A DNA stretch of 64,000 nucleotides, taken from assembly GCA_963693365.1 (NCBI GenBank), contig CAVNZM010000004.1, positions 1,136,448-1,200,447 of the forward strand, given 5' to 3'. The number at the start of each line of letters is the position of its first letter. The first letter of the stretch is position 1. The notes under the pieces are model-generated. The model saw only the letters and a list, made by a program, of their open reading frames with translations. It was not told the DNA's origin and did not search any database. The translations under genes were made by a program, and so were the position numbers. The stretch is from Amoebidium appalachense (Eukaryota; Protista; Ichthyosporea). Below are positions 41,943-57,391 of the stretch, piece by piece.

Positions 41943-43323
41943 CACATGAATCGATATATGTGTCCCCGTGCTAACCATACCTGCCCCTTTGTCTTCAGGT
42001 GTGGAACCGTTTGGATTGCTGCAGTCACCGCCTCAACAAGTTCCAGGTGTGTATTATAACTCCCCCCCCCCCCCCCCCCCCCCCCCCATCCACATCCACC
42101 TACCCACCAACCGGTATCTGAGCTGGGCTTTCCATACGAGGTGAATGCCGGGGTTGAAACTCGGGTATTACAGATGCCCCCTCCCCCCCTCCCCCCCTCC
42201 CGGAAGATGAGCTCGGGTTGTAGTGCATATTACTCTTCATGTGTACTTTGCTCTCTGCAGTATGTGTTGTCCGTCATGAGTGTGTACTTCGTACTCTGTC
42301 ACACATTCTTAGCCCCCCCCCCCCCCCCCCTCTCCGCACCCAATAAGAATGAAAACAAAACCTTCCGCCTTTCTGGCCCTACAAAATCTATCCCCCCCCC
42401 CCCCCCCCCCCCTCCCTCCCTCCCTCCCTCCGCCTCCACACCCACACCCCCTCCACACACACACACACACACACACACCACGGTGCACCACTCACTGTGG
42501 GCTTTCACAGTTATAATGAGTAGAGTAAGAATCACCCCACTGAAAGCTGGTCTGTGCATATCAAGTTGTCGCTCTAAAACAATCCCCTTAGTCTTCGGCT
42601 TGTGCAAGAAAAAGCACTACCCCACCACACTGTCTGTTATGATAGAATAGTCTATCTGTTTATTCCTGCTCTTCCCAGTCACGTACTTAGCCTAGCTCTT
42701 CCCGCCTATCCCGCCCCCGCGTACTTGGGGACCGCCTGGGGCCGCATACGCCAGGAACCATAACTGTCTTCCTATTGTCTAGTACATAATCCCGATCCGT
42801 ATCCTGAGAGACTATCTGTAATCCTATTGGACGATGTATTCGCCGACTGGCATCCGCGCAGGTATATAAAGCAGCCGGACCATCCTCAGATGGTACCGGA
42901 GGACCCGAGATCTCAAACCACTTTCTGCGTACCTCTCTACTCTCGATTGCTATGTAGAAGTGATTGTCTCTTACAGAGGTCACAGGACCGAATCCTGCCT
43001 CTGCTCCACATTTATTCTGATACTGTCGTTTGGCCCATGTGCTTTTCTAACACCCACGTCCACAGGTTACAGTGGATGGGCAAAACTGTGATGACCTCCA
43101 GTACAACCCTCCCCCCGGTGGCTATGTGGATGTTGCCTGCAACGGTGGGCAGGGCATTGTTGGCAGCAAGGTGAAAATCCAGCTGCAAATATACGGGATC
43201 CTCACACTGTGTGAGGTCCAGGTCGATGGTGTCCCAGGTAACCCCCCCCCCCCCCCCCCAAAAAAAAAAAAAAAAAAAAAAAAGGGGGAAAGGAGAAAGA
43301 AAAGGGGAGATGGGGGATTCAAG

Positions 43324-43358
<35 letters not shown>

Positions 43359-43681
43359 CCTCCGTGTCATCCCCGCTGCCACGGCCATTCTTTTCATCAC
43401 TGACAGCCGGGGCCTCAATGGCATGGACGGAATTCATTTTGGATGTTGATTCCCAAGACATAGGTGTCTTATGCAAATAAAAAAAACACCCGGCACTGAG
43501 GAGCTTTTGTCTGGCCGTAAACAAGCCACTCGGTGACCACGACACATATCGTCGTGTATCGCTTCAAGATACCAACACCATATATGTCAGTGCCCAACTT
43601 GACCCCGCTTCCCCCCACCCATCCCTCCCCTCCCCCCCCCCCCCTTCAACCACCACCACCACCACCACCACCACCAACAGG

Positions 43682-43757
<76 letters not shown>

Positions 43758-46700
43758 CAGACACAGACATTGACAACCCTTCACGAATTGTGTAGTCTAG
43801 TACAAGTCGTTGTGGGAAGACAGCAAATTCCCCATGATACATCCGGCCACATTTATAAATGCGGGAGGGCGATATTGCTGCGGGCTTGCCTCCAATACCA
43901 TGAATATAACACACACACAGTGACTTCATACTTTCGACAGCAATGCTTAACCCTCCTCTCCCCCCCCCACCAACCCCTACACCCACCTGCAGCGATCGAG
44001 TTCGCTGACGCCACCACCTTCCCTGCCCCCAAGGGATACCGCTGCATTGATGACCAGCCTGCCGGCAACCTCATCAAACTATACACAGATCAGCCCTCGG
44101 CAGATGCCTGCCAGACAAGGTGCCGTGAAACGGCCGGCTGTGGATTCTACACCTACTACCCCGGTTACAAATGGTGCAACACGTACAAAACATGCAGCCG
44201 CCTGTTCACAGAGGGTGTGGATGTCACCGCCTACAAAATGCGTAAGTATTTTTCCTGACTCCCAGTGATCTAGGCTACAGTAAACTGCTTTAAACGGCTG
44301 GCGCGTTAAATCGGCTCGATAGCATGCTCTATGTTGCCGGCTAGGCATTATAGGAACGCTTGGCACTTCGTTCGATATATTATTAATATATTCCTAAATT
44401 CGAAATCAAATGAGCATCTCCTTTCGTCCTCTTGTCCTGGAAGTGCATATCAAACATCGTACACGATACCAACACCATATCCCGGTGCTCAGTTTGTCAA
44501 CATCCCCCCCTTCCCCCCCCCCCCCTCCCCCCCCCCCCCTCCCCCCTTCCCCTCCTCCCCCTCCCCCTCCCCTCAAACACAAACACACTGTGAAGTCTTG
44601 TCACGAGTTGTGTAGTCTGGTATTGGTCGTTGTGGGATGACAGTGACTTCCCGATGATATATGCAGCGAAACATTTTGGCTGCAGGAGGGCGTGAATGAC
44701 GCAAGCTGCAAGCCGGCCACCAATGCCATGACAATGAGACATGGGGTGACTTCTATTACTGTCGAAAGCATTTTTAACCAACCAACCCCCCCCCCCCTCC
44801 CCCCCCCCCCCCTCCCCCCACCGCAGCAATCGAATACGTTGATGCCACCACCTTCCCTGCATCCAAGGGCTACCGCTGCATCGATGATCAGCCTGCTGGT
44901 AACCTCATCAAACTGCACAAGGACCAGCCCTCGACAACTGCCTGCCTGACAAGGTGCCGTGAAACGGCCGGGTGTGAGTTCTACACCTACTACCCCGGCT
45001 ACCAGTGGTGCAACACGTACAAAACATGCAGCCGTCTTTTCGCCGAGGGTGTGGATGTCACCGCCTACAGAATGCGTAAGTACTTTTCCTGACTCCCAGT
45101 GATCTAGGCTACTGTAAGCTGCTCTAAAGGGCCAGCGTGTCAAATCGGTTTAAAGTTGTCGGCCACTGAGGCGCAGCAGGAATGTTTGGAATGCATTGCA
45201 ATGCACATGCTTAGTCAGGATGAAGGTGTAGTCTCTTTGCAAATTATTATGGCTCGCCTTATAAGTTATTGGTCGCCACTCGTACATGATACAAAAGTAG
45301 GCCTATTTCCTTCACATTTCCTATGCGTTCAATGTAGCTTTGAGGGACTGAGTCTAAGTGCAGGTTTATTTTCAAGGAAAGTCATAAGCTTGTAAGCCAC
45401 GGGGTAGAAAACTTAATCCATACACCCACAGCTGCAGGCGATGAGCCGGCCGATGGAACCATGACCATTGTGATTCTCGATGCCAGCGGCAAGCCCGTAC
45501 CCAACCTGCCGGTCCAGATCATCGATGATGTCACCGGCAAGGTCATCGTCAAGCCCACCACCGATGCCAACGGCAAAATCACAATCACCGTCCCGCCCGG
45601 CAAGTACTCCGTTGTGCCCGTGTGGCCCCCCAACAAGCGCCCCCCTGCACCCAACGACAAGTTCACCATCGTGGTGGGGTCTGGGCAGAACAAACCATTC
45701 ATTCAGACCTTCAGCATCCCGGAGGAGAACGGTTCAATGACAATTGTGATCAAGGGCCCGGACGGCACACCGTTGGCAGATACGGACGTTGAAATTTACG
45801 ACGAAGACAACAACCTTGTGGACGTGCAGACCACGGACGCAGACGGCAAACTGACCATCGTAGTCAAGCCCGGCAAATACACCATTGTGCCCGTATATGC
45901 CAACGGCCAGAAGCCAGCCCCGCCCGACGACAAGTTCACTGTTGTTGTGGGCCCCGGCAAGAACCCAGACTTCAGCCAAACAGTGGTGATTCAGACCACT
46001 GGCGGCATCCAGGGCACCATCTTCAACAACCTGAACAAGAACAACAAGGTGGATGCAGGCGAGGGCATTGCAAAGTCCATTGTGAGTCTGCTGCAGGGCG
46101 GAGTCAAGGTCAGCCCCGACCAGCAAACCTCCGCCACCGGGCAGTATGCATTCACCAACCTTAAGCCGGCCACGTACACGGTGGTGATTGCCAAGATCAC
46201 AGGGTTCACACTGCCGCCTGGTGCCGTCACAACAAAAGAAATCGTCGTGGCCTCTGGCAGCACATCCACGTTTGACTTCCGCATTCTCGGCAACCCTACC
46301 CCCACCACAGGTATGGTACAACTTGCTCACAGATCACCATATCCATTCAATGATTGCGGCCTTAGAACACATGAGAGCACCGGGTGACATCATATTGAAT
46401 TGTTGCCACCTGATATGCACCGACATGGAATTGCACGCTGTTGAATAATCGATTCTGTTGAAGAATCGATTATTCAACAGCGTGCAATTAAAATATTTGA
46501 CTGGCAGCCTACTACCTATAGTAGAAGGATTGCGCGTGCACACTCAGTTAATCTGCACAAACACAGGCTCTGTGGCCGGCAAGGTGTACCTGGACAACGA
46601 CAACACGCGGACGTTTGGTGCTGAGGACGAGTTGATTCCTGGCATCCCCGTCAGCCTGGTCAGCTCAACGGGCAAGGTGGTCGGGTCGACCACCACCAAC

Positions 46701-47128
46701 GCCCAGGGGGCCTTCTCGTTCCCCACGGTGGCTGCCGGCACCTACACGGTCAAGGCCGATCTGTCGTCACGTGATGACGTGGCCAGCCCCCAGGCGGAGG
46801 GCGCCATCACCGTGAGCGCCGGTGGCAAGATCACCCTAGACTTTGCCATCGAAGGTGTGTCTGGCCTGCCAAGGCATACTCTGCAATTGTCTTATCCCCC
46901 CCCCCTCCCCTTCACTCCCCCTCCCCCCCCTCCCCCCCCCCCCCCCCCCAACACGTGCTCGCGCGCACACACACACACACACAAATACACACCCACGCCC
47001 AAAACCACCACCACCATCACCATCAACATTCACTCGCACTCAGTGACACGCTCGCTCTCACTCGCCCACCACCACCGCGTACACTGTTACAGTAGAAGCT
47101 CGAAAAGGGGTCAACAGTGGGGGTTTGT

Positions 47129-47174
<46 letters not shown>

Positions 47175-47666
47175 GCTCATACTGTGTACCGCATGATTCA
47201 ATCTGTTTTTACCCTTTTAGTCAAGAAGGTGCATGGACGTGTGGCCGGACGATTTCAACTTCTTTTTTTTTTTCTTTTTTTTGCGCGCGCGCGCGCGCGT
47301 GGAAGGCGGGGGGGCTACATGTCAAACGACTCCATTCCACGTCGGCTTCTCTTCCCTTCAGTTTTGCCTCAAACTTTCATATACTTTCTTCAAGTCCGTT
47401 GTTACCGCTACCGTAACGCAAAGTCCGTACCCTCTTTTAATGCTTATGCTTCTCTGTCAATCATTTGCTGACTTCACTTGAAGCTCTGAGACTGACCGTT
47501 ACCTTCATACACTTGAGCAGTGGCTCCAAAGCAGCCGGATGAACCATCCTTCGTGGACAACTTCGATGATTTTGCGGATTACGGCAATGGAAATGGGAAC
47601 GGCTACGATAACGGCAACGGCAACGGCAATGGCCAAGGATATGGCAATAGCGGGAAGTCTTACTAG
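39655..47666 (+). CDS. Secreted multidomain adhesin-like protein (~936 aa): signal peptide, Cys-rich segment, Pro linker, 2x 4-Cys repeat, F-type lectin, 2x PAN/Apple, 2x CnaB/carboxypeptidase-regulatory-like, 2x SdrD B-like, Gly/Asn/Tyr tail
   Basis: Predicted exons 39655-39781, 39978-40262, 40548-40697, 41363-41580, 41999-42046, 43066-43237, 43993-44241, 44827-45075, 45432-46310, 46567-46854, 47521-47666 join into one 2811-nt frame (GT-AG introns, one assumed GC-AG). F-type lectin motifs NIALRKPASQSS, LAVDGN, PWWEVDL, NRLDCCSHRL, LTLCEVQV; PAN ACQTRCRETAGCGFYTY..WC; SdrD_B GTIFNNLNKNNKVDAGEGI...GQYAFTNLKPATYTV. Confidence 0.85.
42635..43022 (+). mobile_element. 388-bp insertion in intron 5, probable solo LTR
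   Basis: Flanked by the 5-bp direct repeat CTGTC; starts with TG; TATATAAA at ~42863; absent from the paralogous intron (~4875-4895). It ends in TA rather than CA. Confidence 0.75.
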
Positions 47667-48639
47667 AATACGGCAAATATGGTCAGCAGACTCTCACATG
47701 ACGTATGCAGCATACTACCACTAAGTCTCAGATCTAGATGCTGGCTGCATGGCATAGACAGGGCTGTCATGTTAACGTGAAATGTTAATTTCATCTTTAA
47801 CCAGTAAGCATAGGTCCCCAGCAATCATTTCTTTTTTACATTGTATCTTCCGGGACCTGTTTCCACAATAATAATTTATCAAATTGAATAATTTGGTTTG
47901 AATAATCTGGTTACTGAGTTGGTTGTTGCATCCTTATCAAAATGAGAATGCCATTGTGGTGTCATAAACAGTAGTATGCTACCTGAGGGTGCCACGGACT
48001 GCTGGGTGTGTGCAGTTTGCATACCGCATGTATTAATTGTCCTTGGATTAGAAGTTTTTTAATTTAGTTCGTCCCCAGGGACTTATTGCTTTAATATATA
48101 CGTATAATATATGATGGTGGTGATATGCCATGGCATCTGATGGGCCCCGCACCATAATAAGGATCGTCCCAAATGTATGTCCGATCCCCCCCCCCCCCCC
48201 CCCCTCAACCCCCGCGTGTCTTTTGGAAATCAAGGGGCCTCGGGATATAACACCATTCTTAGAAGGCTCTCTATATTATATCTAGATCTACTCGTACGCG
48301 TGCTATATCATGTGATGCATCAGGAGCCGCCACGTAACACTATTTTTAGACAACGGAGCCTCCCAGGAGTCTCCTTCCATCTATGCCACTGCCCCTCCCC
48401 CCCCCCCGCCCCCCCCCCCTCCCCCCTCCTCCTCCTCCTCCCCCCCACTAGCTCGAGGCACATTCTTTGAACTCTGAGCTTTTTCTAGTTATTAATTAAC
48501 TTCTAAGATCGTTCTCGCAGCTACTTCTCTCTCTCAGACGTGAGTAATTCCCTCCCTTTAGTTCAGAGAGAGTTTTTCTGTCTCCGAGGTCTCGGGTCCA
48601 TATAATATAAGAGTCTTCCCCCCGAGTCCCTATCAACTC

Positions 48640-50400
<1,761 letters not shown>

Positions 50401-50439
50401 CCCCCCCCCTCCCACCCTGTTCAGTCGCGATCGACTGAG

Positions 50440-50854
50440 CCCTTTCTCTCTTTGTTTAGCCTTATGTACTATGTATTCTCCCCCCACCCTCCCCGCAGCC
50501 CCTGAGAATCTTAGGCCTCCCCCCACCACACACACACACACATACACACACACACACAAACACAAGCAAGCACACATGCGCACAAACACATACACACTTG
50601 AAGCACACAAGCTTGCGAACACACAAGCACACCACCCCTCGAGCTCTGCTAGGCTCGCAGGCCCTAGTAGTCTAGCTATGTAGGCCTGCCTCGGTGGATA
50701 ACTCCCTTGGTCCCGGGGGGAGGGGGGGGGGGGGGGGTTCTCTCTTTGTTTAGCACTATGTACTATGTATTAGAGAGAGCCTCTGACTCTCGAGCTCCGA
50801 GTCTCCTCCCCCTCCCGCAGCCCCTAAGAATCTTAGGTCAGGCCCTCCCCCCAC

Positions 50855-50885
<31 letters not shown>

Positions 50886-51060
50886 ACACACACACACAAA
50901 CACAAGCAAGCACACATGCGCACAAACACACACACACTTGAAGCACCCAAGCTTGCGCACACACAAGCACACCACCCCTCGAGCTCTGCTAGGCTCGCAG
51001 GCCCTAGACTAGCTATGTAGGCCTGTCTCGGCGGATAACTCCATTGGTCCCGGGGGCCCC
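50440..51060. repeat. ~300-bp tandem duplication, two diverged units
   Basis: CTCTTTGTTTAGC...GAATCTTAGG...CCTCGAGCTCTGCTAGGCTCGCAGGCCCTAG...GGATAACTCC occurs twice. Confidence 0.88.
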
Positions 51061-51223
51061 GGGAGAGAGGGGGGGTTAAACCGCAAAAATTATCTTTGGT
51101 AATAACATTTTTATGATTAATTATTTGTGATCCCATCCCCCCCACACCCCTCCCCCACACCCCTACGCTCTTTCCCTTCCCTTCCTCCCCAAAACACACC
51201 TGCGTCGAGGCTACTTAGCTCTG

Positions 51224-51291
<68 letters not shown>

Positions 51292-51299
51292 CGCGTGTG

Positions 51300-52690
<1,391 letters not shown>

Positions 52691-52799
52691 AGCTACCCCC
52701 CCCCCCCCCCCCCCGCCGCCCGAAAAAAAAAAAAAAAACCAAACAAAAAACAAAAAAGATAAATAACTCTAAATAAATAATAAAGAATAAATTGTCAAC

Positions 52800-55700
52800 A
52801 CACAAAGAAGGCACACATGCACACACACACACACACACGTACACACTCAACACTTGCGCACACGCACAAACACACTCATAGACGCACGCACACACACACG
52901 CGAGCGCGCACACACGTTCCCCCTAACCCTCTTTCCCCCTCCCCCCCCCCCCCCCCCCCCCCCCCTTCTCTTCCCACATCTAAAAACCGGGTACATTTTT
53001 TTGTGTTAATACAGAATTCTGTGAACCCCTCTCCACCCCAAAATTAAAAAAAATTAAAATAAAAATAAAATACAACCAAAGAGAAGAAAAAAAAAAAAAA
53101 ACACACACAATAACAAAAGCAATAAATCTCTCCTGTGTACGTGTGTGTACGTGTGTATACGGATTTGCAAAGATGATGTGTACGTGTGTGTCGGTGTGTT
53201 TAGGGTGTGTGTAGATGTGTCTATTTGTGTGTACGTATGGAGTATAAAGGCGAAGATGGTCGGTGTGCAAGTGCGTACGTGTGTATACGTGTGTGTAGGT
53301 GTGTGTAGGTGTGTGCTGGTGTGCGTGTGATGGGTGGCGTGTATGGAAAGCCTGTATAAATGTGTCTACGTGTGTGTACGTGTGTAAAGGAATGTGTATG
53401 GGCGTGTTGCGTGCGTTTTCAGGCTGAGTATATGTGTGTGTATATGTGTGTATGTGTGGTGTGTATGAAGATGTGGGTGCCCGTCTCAACAGTGCGGATG
53501 GGGAGGGGGGGGGGGGGGGGGAGAGGTTAGCATGCGTTGCAGAGTACACGGGCTTTTTTTATCTCCCTCTTCCAATCCGTGCCCAAGCTGCTCGAGAAAA
53601 CTTGGAGAAAGCACACACACATTCACAGCCAACAGACAAGCACACGCACGCCGTGGTCCAAGACACACAAACACCCACACACGCATAATCTGCACCATAC
53701 TACAAACCGTTCACGCACGCACACATGCAGGCACATACGCACCCACACACACATACACAACACACCCATACACCTCACACAACACAACAAGGCTGAGACA
53801 AGAATACACACACACGCACATGCATGACATTGTTAGACACATACACTGTGCTTAATACACGGCACACTAACAAACACATGCACACACGCGCACGGTCGCG
53901 CACGCGTGCACACACACACACAAACACACACACACACACAGACACACAGACACACACAGACACACACACACACATGCATGCAAGTAAGCACACACAAGCA
54001 TGCATGCAGGACGCTGTGTTAAACAGGCAAACATACGCCGTCTTCGCGAGACGCAAGCGCACACGCACACACACACACACACGCACACGTACACACACAC
54101 ACACGACTCAAACGCACACACCCGCAGGCACACACACACACACACACATCCACACATCCCTCCCTTCCCCCCCCCCCCCCCCATCCTCCCCAACACATAC
54201 ACTTTCGTTGGTTTATTGGTTCAATGAGAGGAGGATGCATGGGCAAAGCCCTCCTGCCATTTCCCAAATCTAGACAAAAACTCTCTAACAACTGCCACAC
54301 TCTATTCGGTTGTGTAAAACAAACATGCCGCATCCAGTCTCTGTGACGGTAAACATCAAACAACTAAATTGTATAGTTTCTATACAATTTAAATACAAAT
54401 ATGATATTAGAATATTCTTGCAATGGCCCATTGTCGAATACCTCTTTTTATGCATTATTTCGGTCATGAGCCGAAAGGATTTAATACATAGTCTTTCAAC
54501 AGAAAACCTACCGAAACGCGAGTCATGCGCATATAGTAAGAAATTTACAATATGCCCCCCCCGCTCTTTTTTCATTTTAGCGCCGCTGAGATCCAAAATG
54601 TCTACCAATGCAGCCATACCTTATGAAAGCAGTCGTATGACTCCCCCCCCCCCCCCCCCCCCAAAAAAAAAAAAAAAAAAAAAAAAAGATTAAAAATCAA
54701 GCCCTGAACTTTAACACCACCACCACACGATGATGCCCTTCAACTCACCCCTCCTTAGTCACATCTTGTTCCCCCCCCCCCCCCCCCTTTTTTTTTGGGG
54801 GGGGGGGGGGGGGGGGGGAGGGGAGGGGGGAGGGGGGGGGTGGGGGGCGGGGGGTAACCGGAGAGAAGGGTGGGTGAAGGAACAGGGGGAGAGGAGGGGG
54901 AAAGTGTAAGGAGTGGGGGGGGGGGTGTTCTAACTGTGCATTTTGTGCATTGGTGTGTGTGTGCGTGCATGTATTGGTGAGTAGGTTCAAGTGGTGTGAC
55001 TGTATGTGTGTGTGTTTGCAGTCATCATGGACGTACGCCGTGCACGTATAAAAATTGCACAGAGCACAAACACACTTATGAAGTGTAGCACCAGTCCACA
55101 TTTCTTCGGCTTTCATCATACTTTCCCAGACACGTGTGCGCTACCAAACTTCTCTGAAAAGACCAAATATACACCACCTCCCCCCAACCGCCAGGGAGGG
55201 TGAGAGGGGGAGGGGGGAGGAAGGGAGGGAGGGAGGGCAGGGAGGAAGGGAGGGATGGAGGGAGGGAGAAGGGAGCGCCGCGGGAGGGAGGGAGGGAATA
55301 TGAAGGGAGGGAGGAAAGGGAGGGTAGTCGGCATAGTTTATGGTTAAGACTATGACGGTATCTGATACTCTTTTTCTCCTCTCCCATATACTTTATTACA
55401 TATTTCTCTACCTTTCGTTTTCTCTTCTCTTATACATATTAATTCTTGGTGGGTGGGTGTTTTCTTTTCACCGACGGCCGTCAAGGGGGGGCCCAGCGAG
55501 CTTGAAAATTCGCATATCTACATGGTCGGGATAAACCAAACCATGGATATATGCACACGCACACACACACACACACAACAGACAAAAACACACACACTCA
55601 CGCACACATGCATGTTAGCCTACACTTACAAACACACTCACACACACAAACACACACACACGCGCACGCTCACGCGCGCATACACACACACACACACATA

Positions 55701-55825
55701 CATACGCAAGCTGTGCACACACACAAGCATGCATGCAAGGCGCTGTGTGAAACACGCCAGCGTGACACGCGGTCCCTACCCGTGCGAGCGCGCACAGGCA
55801 CCCGCACACACGCACACACACACTG

Positions 55826-55885
<60 letters not shown>

Positions 55886-55889
55886 ACAC

Positions 55890-55920
<31 letters not shown>

Positions 55921-55981
55921 CTTCCCTCCGCCCCCCTCCCCCCCCTCCCCCCCCTCCCCCCCTCCCCCCCGTCCCCCCCCC

Positions 55982-56015
<34 letters not shown>

Positions 56016-56060
56016 ATTCTCCCCAACACATACACACACGCACACACACTGGCACACACC
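52800..56060. repeat. (CA)n/(GT)n-rich degenerate low-complexity region with an internal duplication (~53880-54200 vs ~55600-56040)
   Basis: Shared anchors CACACAAGCATGCATGCA.G.CGCTGTGT and CCCAACACATACAC. Confidence 0.75.
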
Positions 56061-56468
56061 TCGAGAGGAGAGCAGTCGAGAGAATAGTGCAGGCTAAGTT
56101 GATAGTGACTAATACGTGACGGCTCAGTTGCAATTGGTCATGGCCGTGGTAGGTATTGCCAGCGGGTGTGGGCCCAGGAAAGTTTCAAACTTTGAGCAAG
56201 TTGGGCCCGCATCTGCTACCTTTGGAGGTAGCTCTTATTTTTCAAGGCTCACAAAAGTTTCCTTCCGAAGCGACTGATCGCCGGTACCGTGGCCAACTCA
56301 TAACCCTCGCCAGATCTGTAGACTTGATGATGTGTATATACGGTGGCTGAGGCCACAGTAGCACGTGGGAGGGCCGGCATGCGCAGCATGCAGTGCCAAA
56401 GCTTATGTCACACTGTCAGAACATGTACATCCATGTACTCATCAGTCTGAATGTGGTGCCGTTTTTTA

Positions 56469-56567
56469 CAGTTTACATCCAATTTAGGGGTTGCCGGGTG
56501 GGGGTTGGGATGGGGAAGGGTTGTGGGGAGGAGGAAGGGGGACCGGGCGGGGCGGGCGGGAGGGGGG

Positions 56568-56608
<41 letters not shown>

Positions 56609-56688
56609 ACCATTCCGGTAAGGAGGGAAGAAGCAAAAAAAATAAAATGATCATAGTGAAAGGAAGTTCATGTGTGCCCTCCGGGGGT

Positions 56689-56725
<37 letters not shown>

Positions 56726-56754
56726 GGGAGAGGGAGGTATTTTGGGGGGAACTT

Positions 56755-56788
<34 letters not shown>

Positions 56789-57217
56789 GAGCGGGGCCCG
56801 GCATGACATGAACATCTCATTGCAGCCCTGGTGTGAGGGGGGTTGAGCGGACCACGTTCTTTGGCATGCGTACTGCTACTCGCAACGTGGCACTTCTTGT
56901 AACTACACAGCTTTAAGGCCGGAAAGTGGCCAAGGCCTAATAATATTCTGCCTTGTGTGAAGCAGGGTCAAGGTACCTCCCCCCCCCCCCTTTCCCCCAA
57001 AAATACCTCCCTCAGCCCCCCCCCCCCCATCCCCCATCCCCCGGAGGGCACACATGAACTTCCTTTCACTATAAATATTTTTTTTTTTTTTGCTTCTTCC
57101 CTCCTTACCGGAATGGTATACAACCCCCCCCCCCCCCCCCCCCCCCGAACCCGCCCGCCAGGTCCCCCTTCCCCACCCCAACCCCCACCCGGCAACCCCT
57201 AAATTGGATGTAAACTG
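56469..57217. mobile_element. MITE / foldback element with ~250-290-bp terminal inverted repeats, Tc1/mariner-like ends
   Basis: TA|CAGTTTACATCCAATTTAGGGGTTGCCGGG ... CCCGGCAACCCCTAAATTGGATGTAAACTG|TA; inner blocks (TACCATTCCGGTAAGGAGGGAAGAAGC, GTGAAAGGAAGTTCATGTGTGCCCTCCGGGG) are also inverted; no ORF. Confidence 0.82.
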
Positions 57218-57338
57218 TAAAAAAACAAAATATTAATGACGGTCTTTGGCGCAGTTGCTGTCGAATGTGCATATTCGACCTCACAGTATACAACGTGAAC
57301 TTTTTTTTATTTTTTATTTAATTATTAATATTTTTCTT

Positions 57339-57384
<46 letters not shown>

Positions 57385-57391
57385 GGGGGGT

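Noticed and set aside
42115-42180. tRNA/SINE B-box-like hairpin CCGGGGTTGAAACTCGG
   Set aside because: No A-box, cloverleaf or second copy in the window.
54285-54617. RT remnant (LLYAHD)
   Set aside because: Single motif-like word with no flanking RT similarity.
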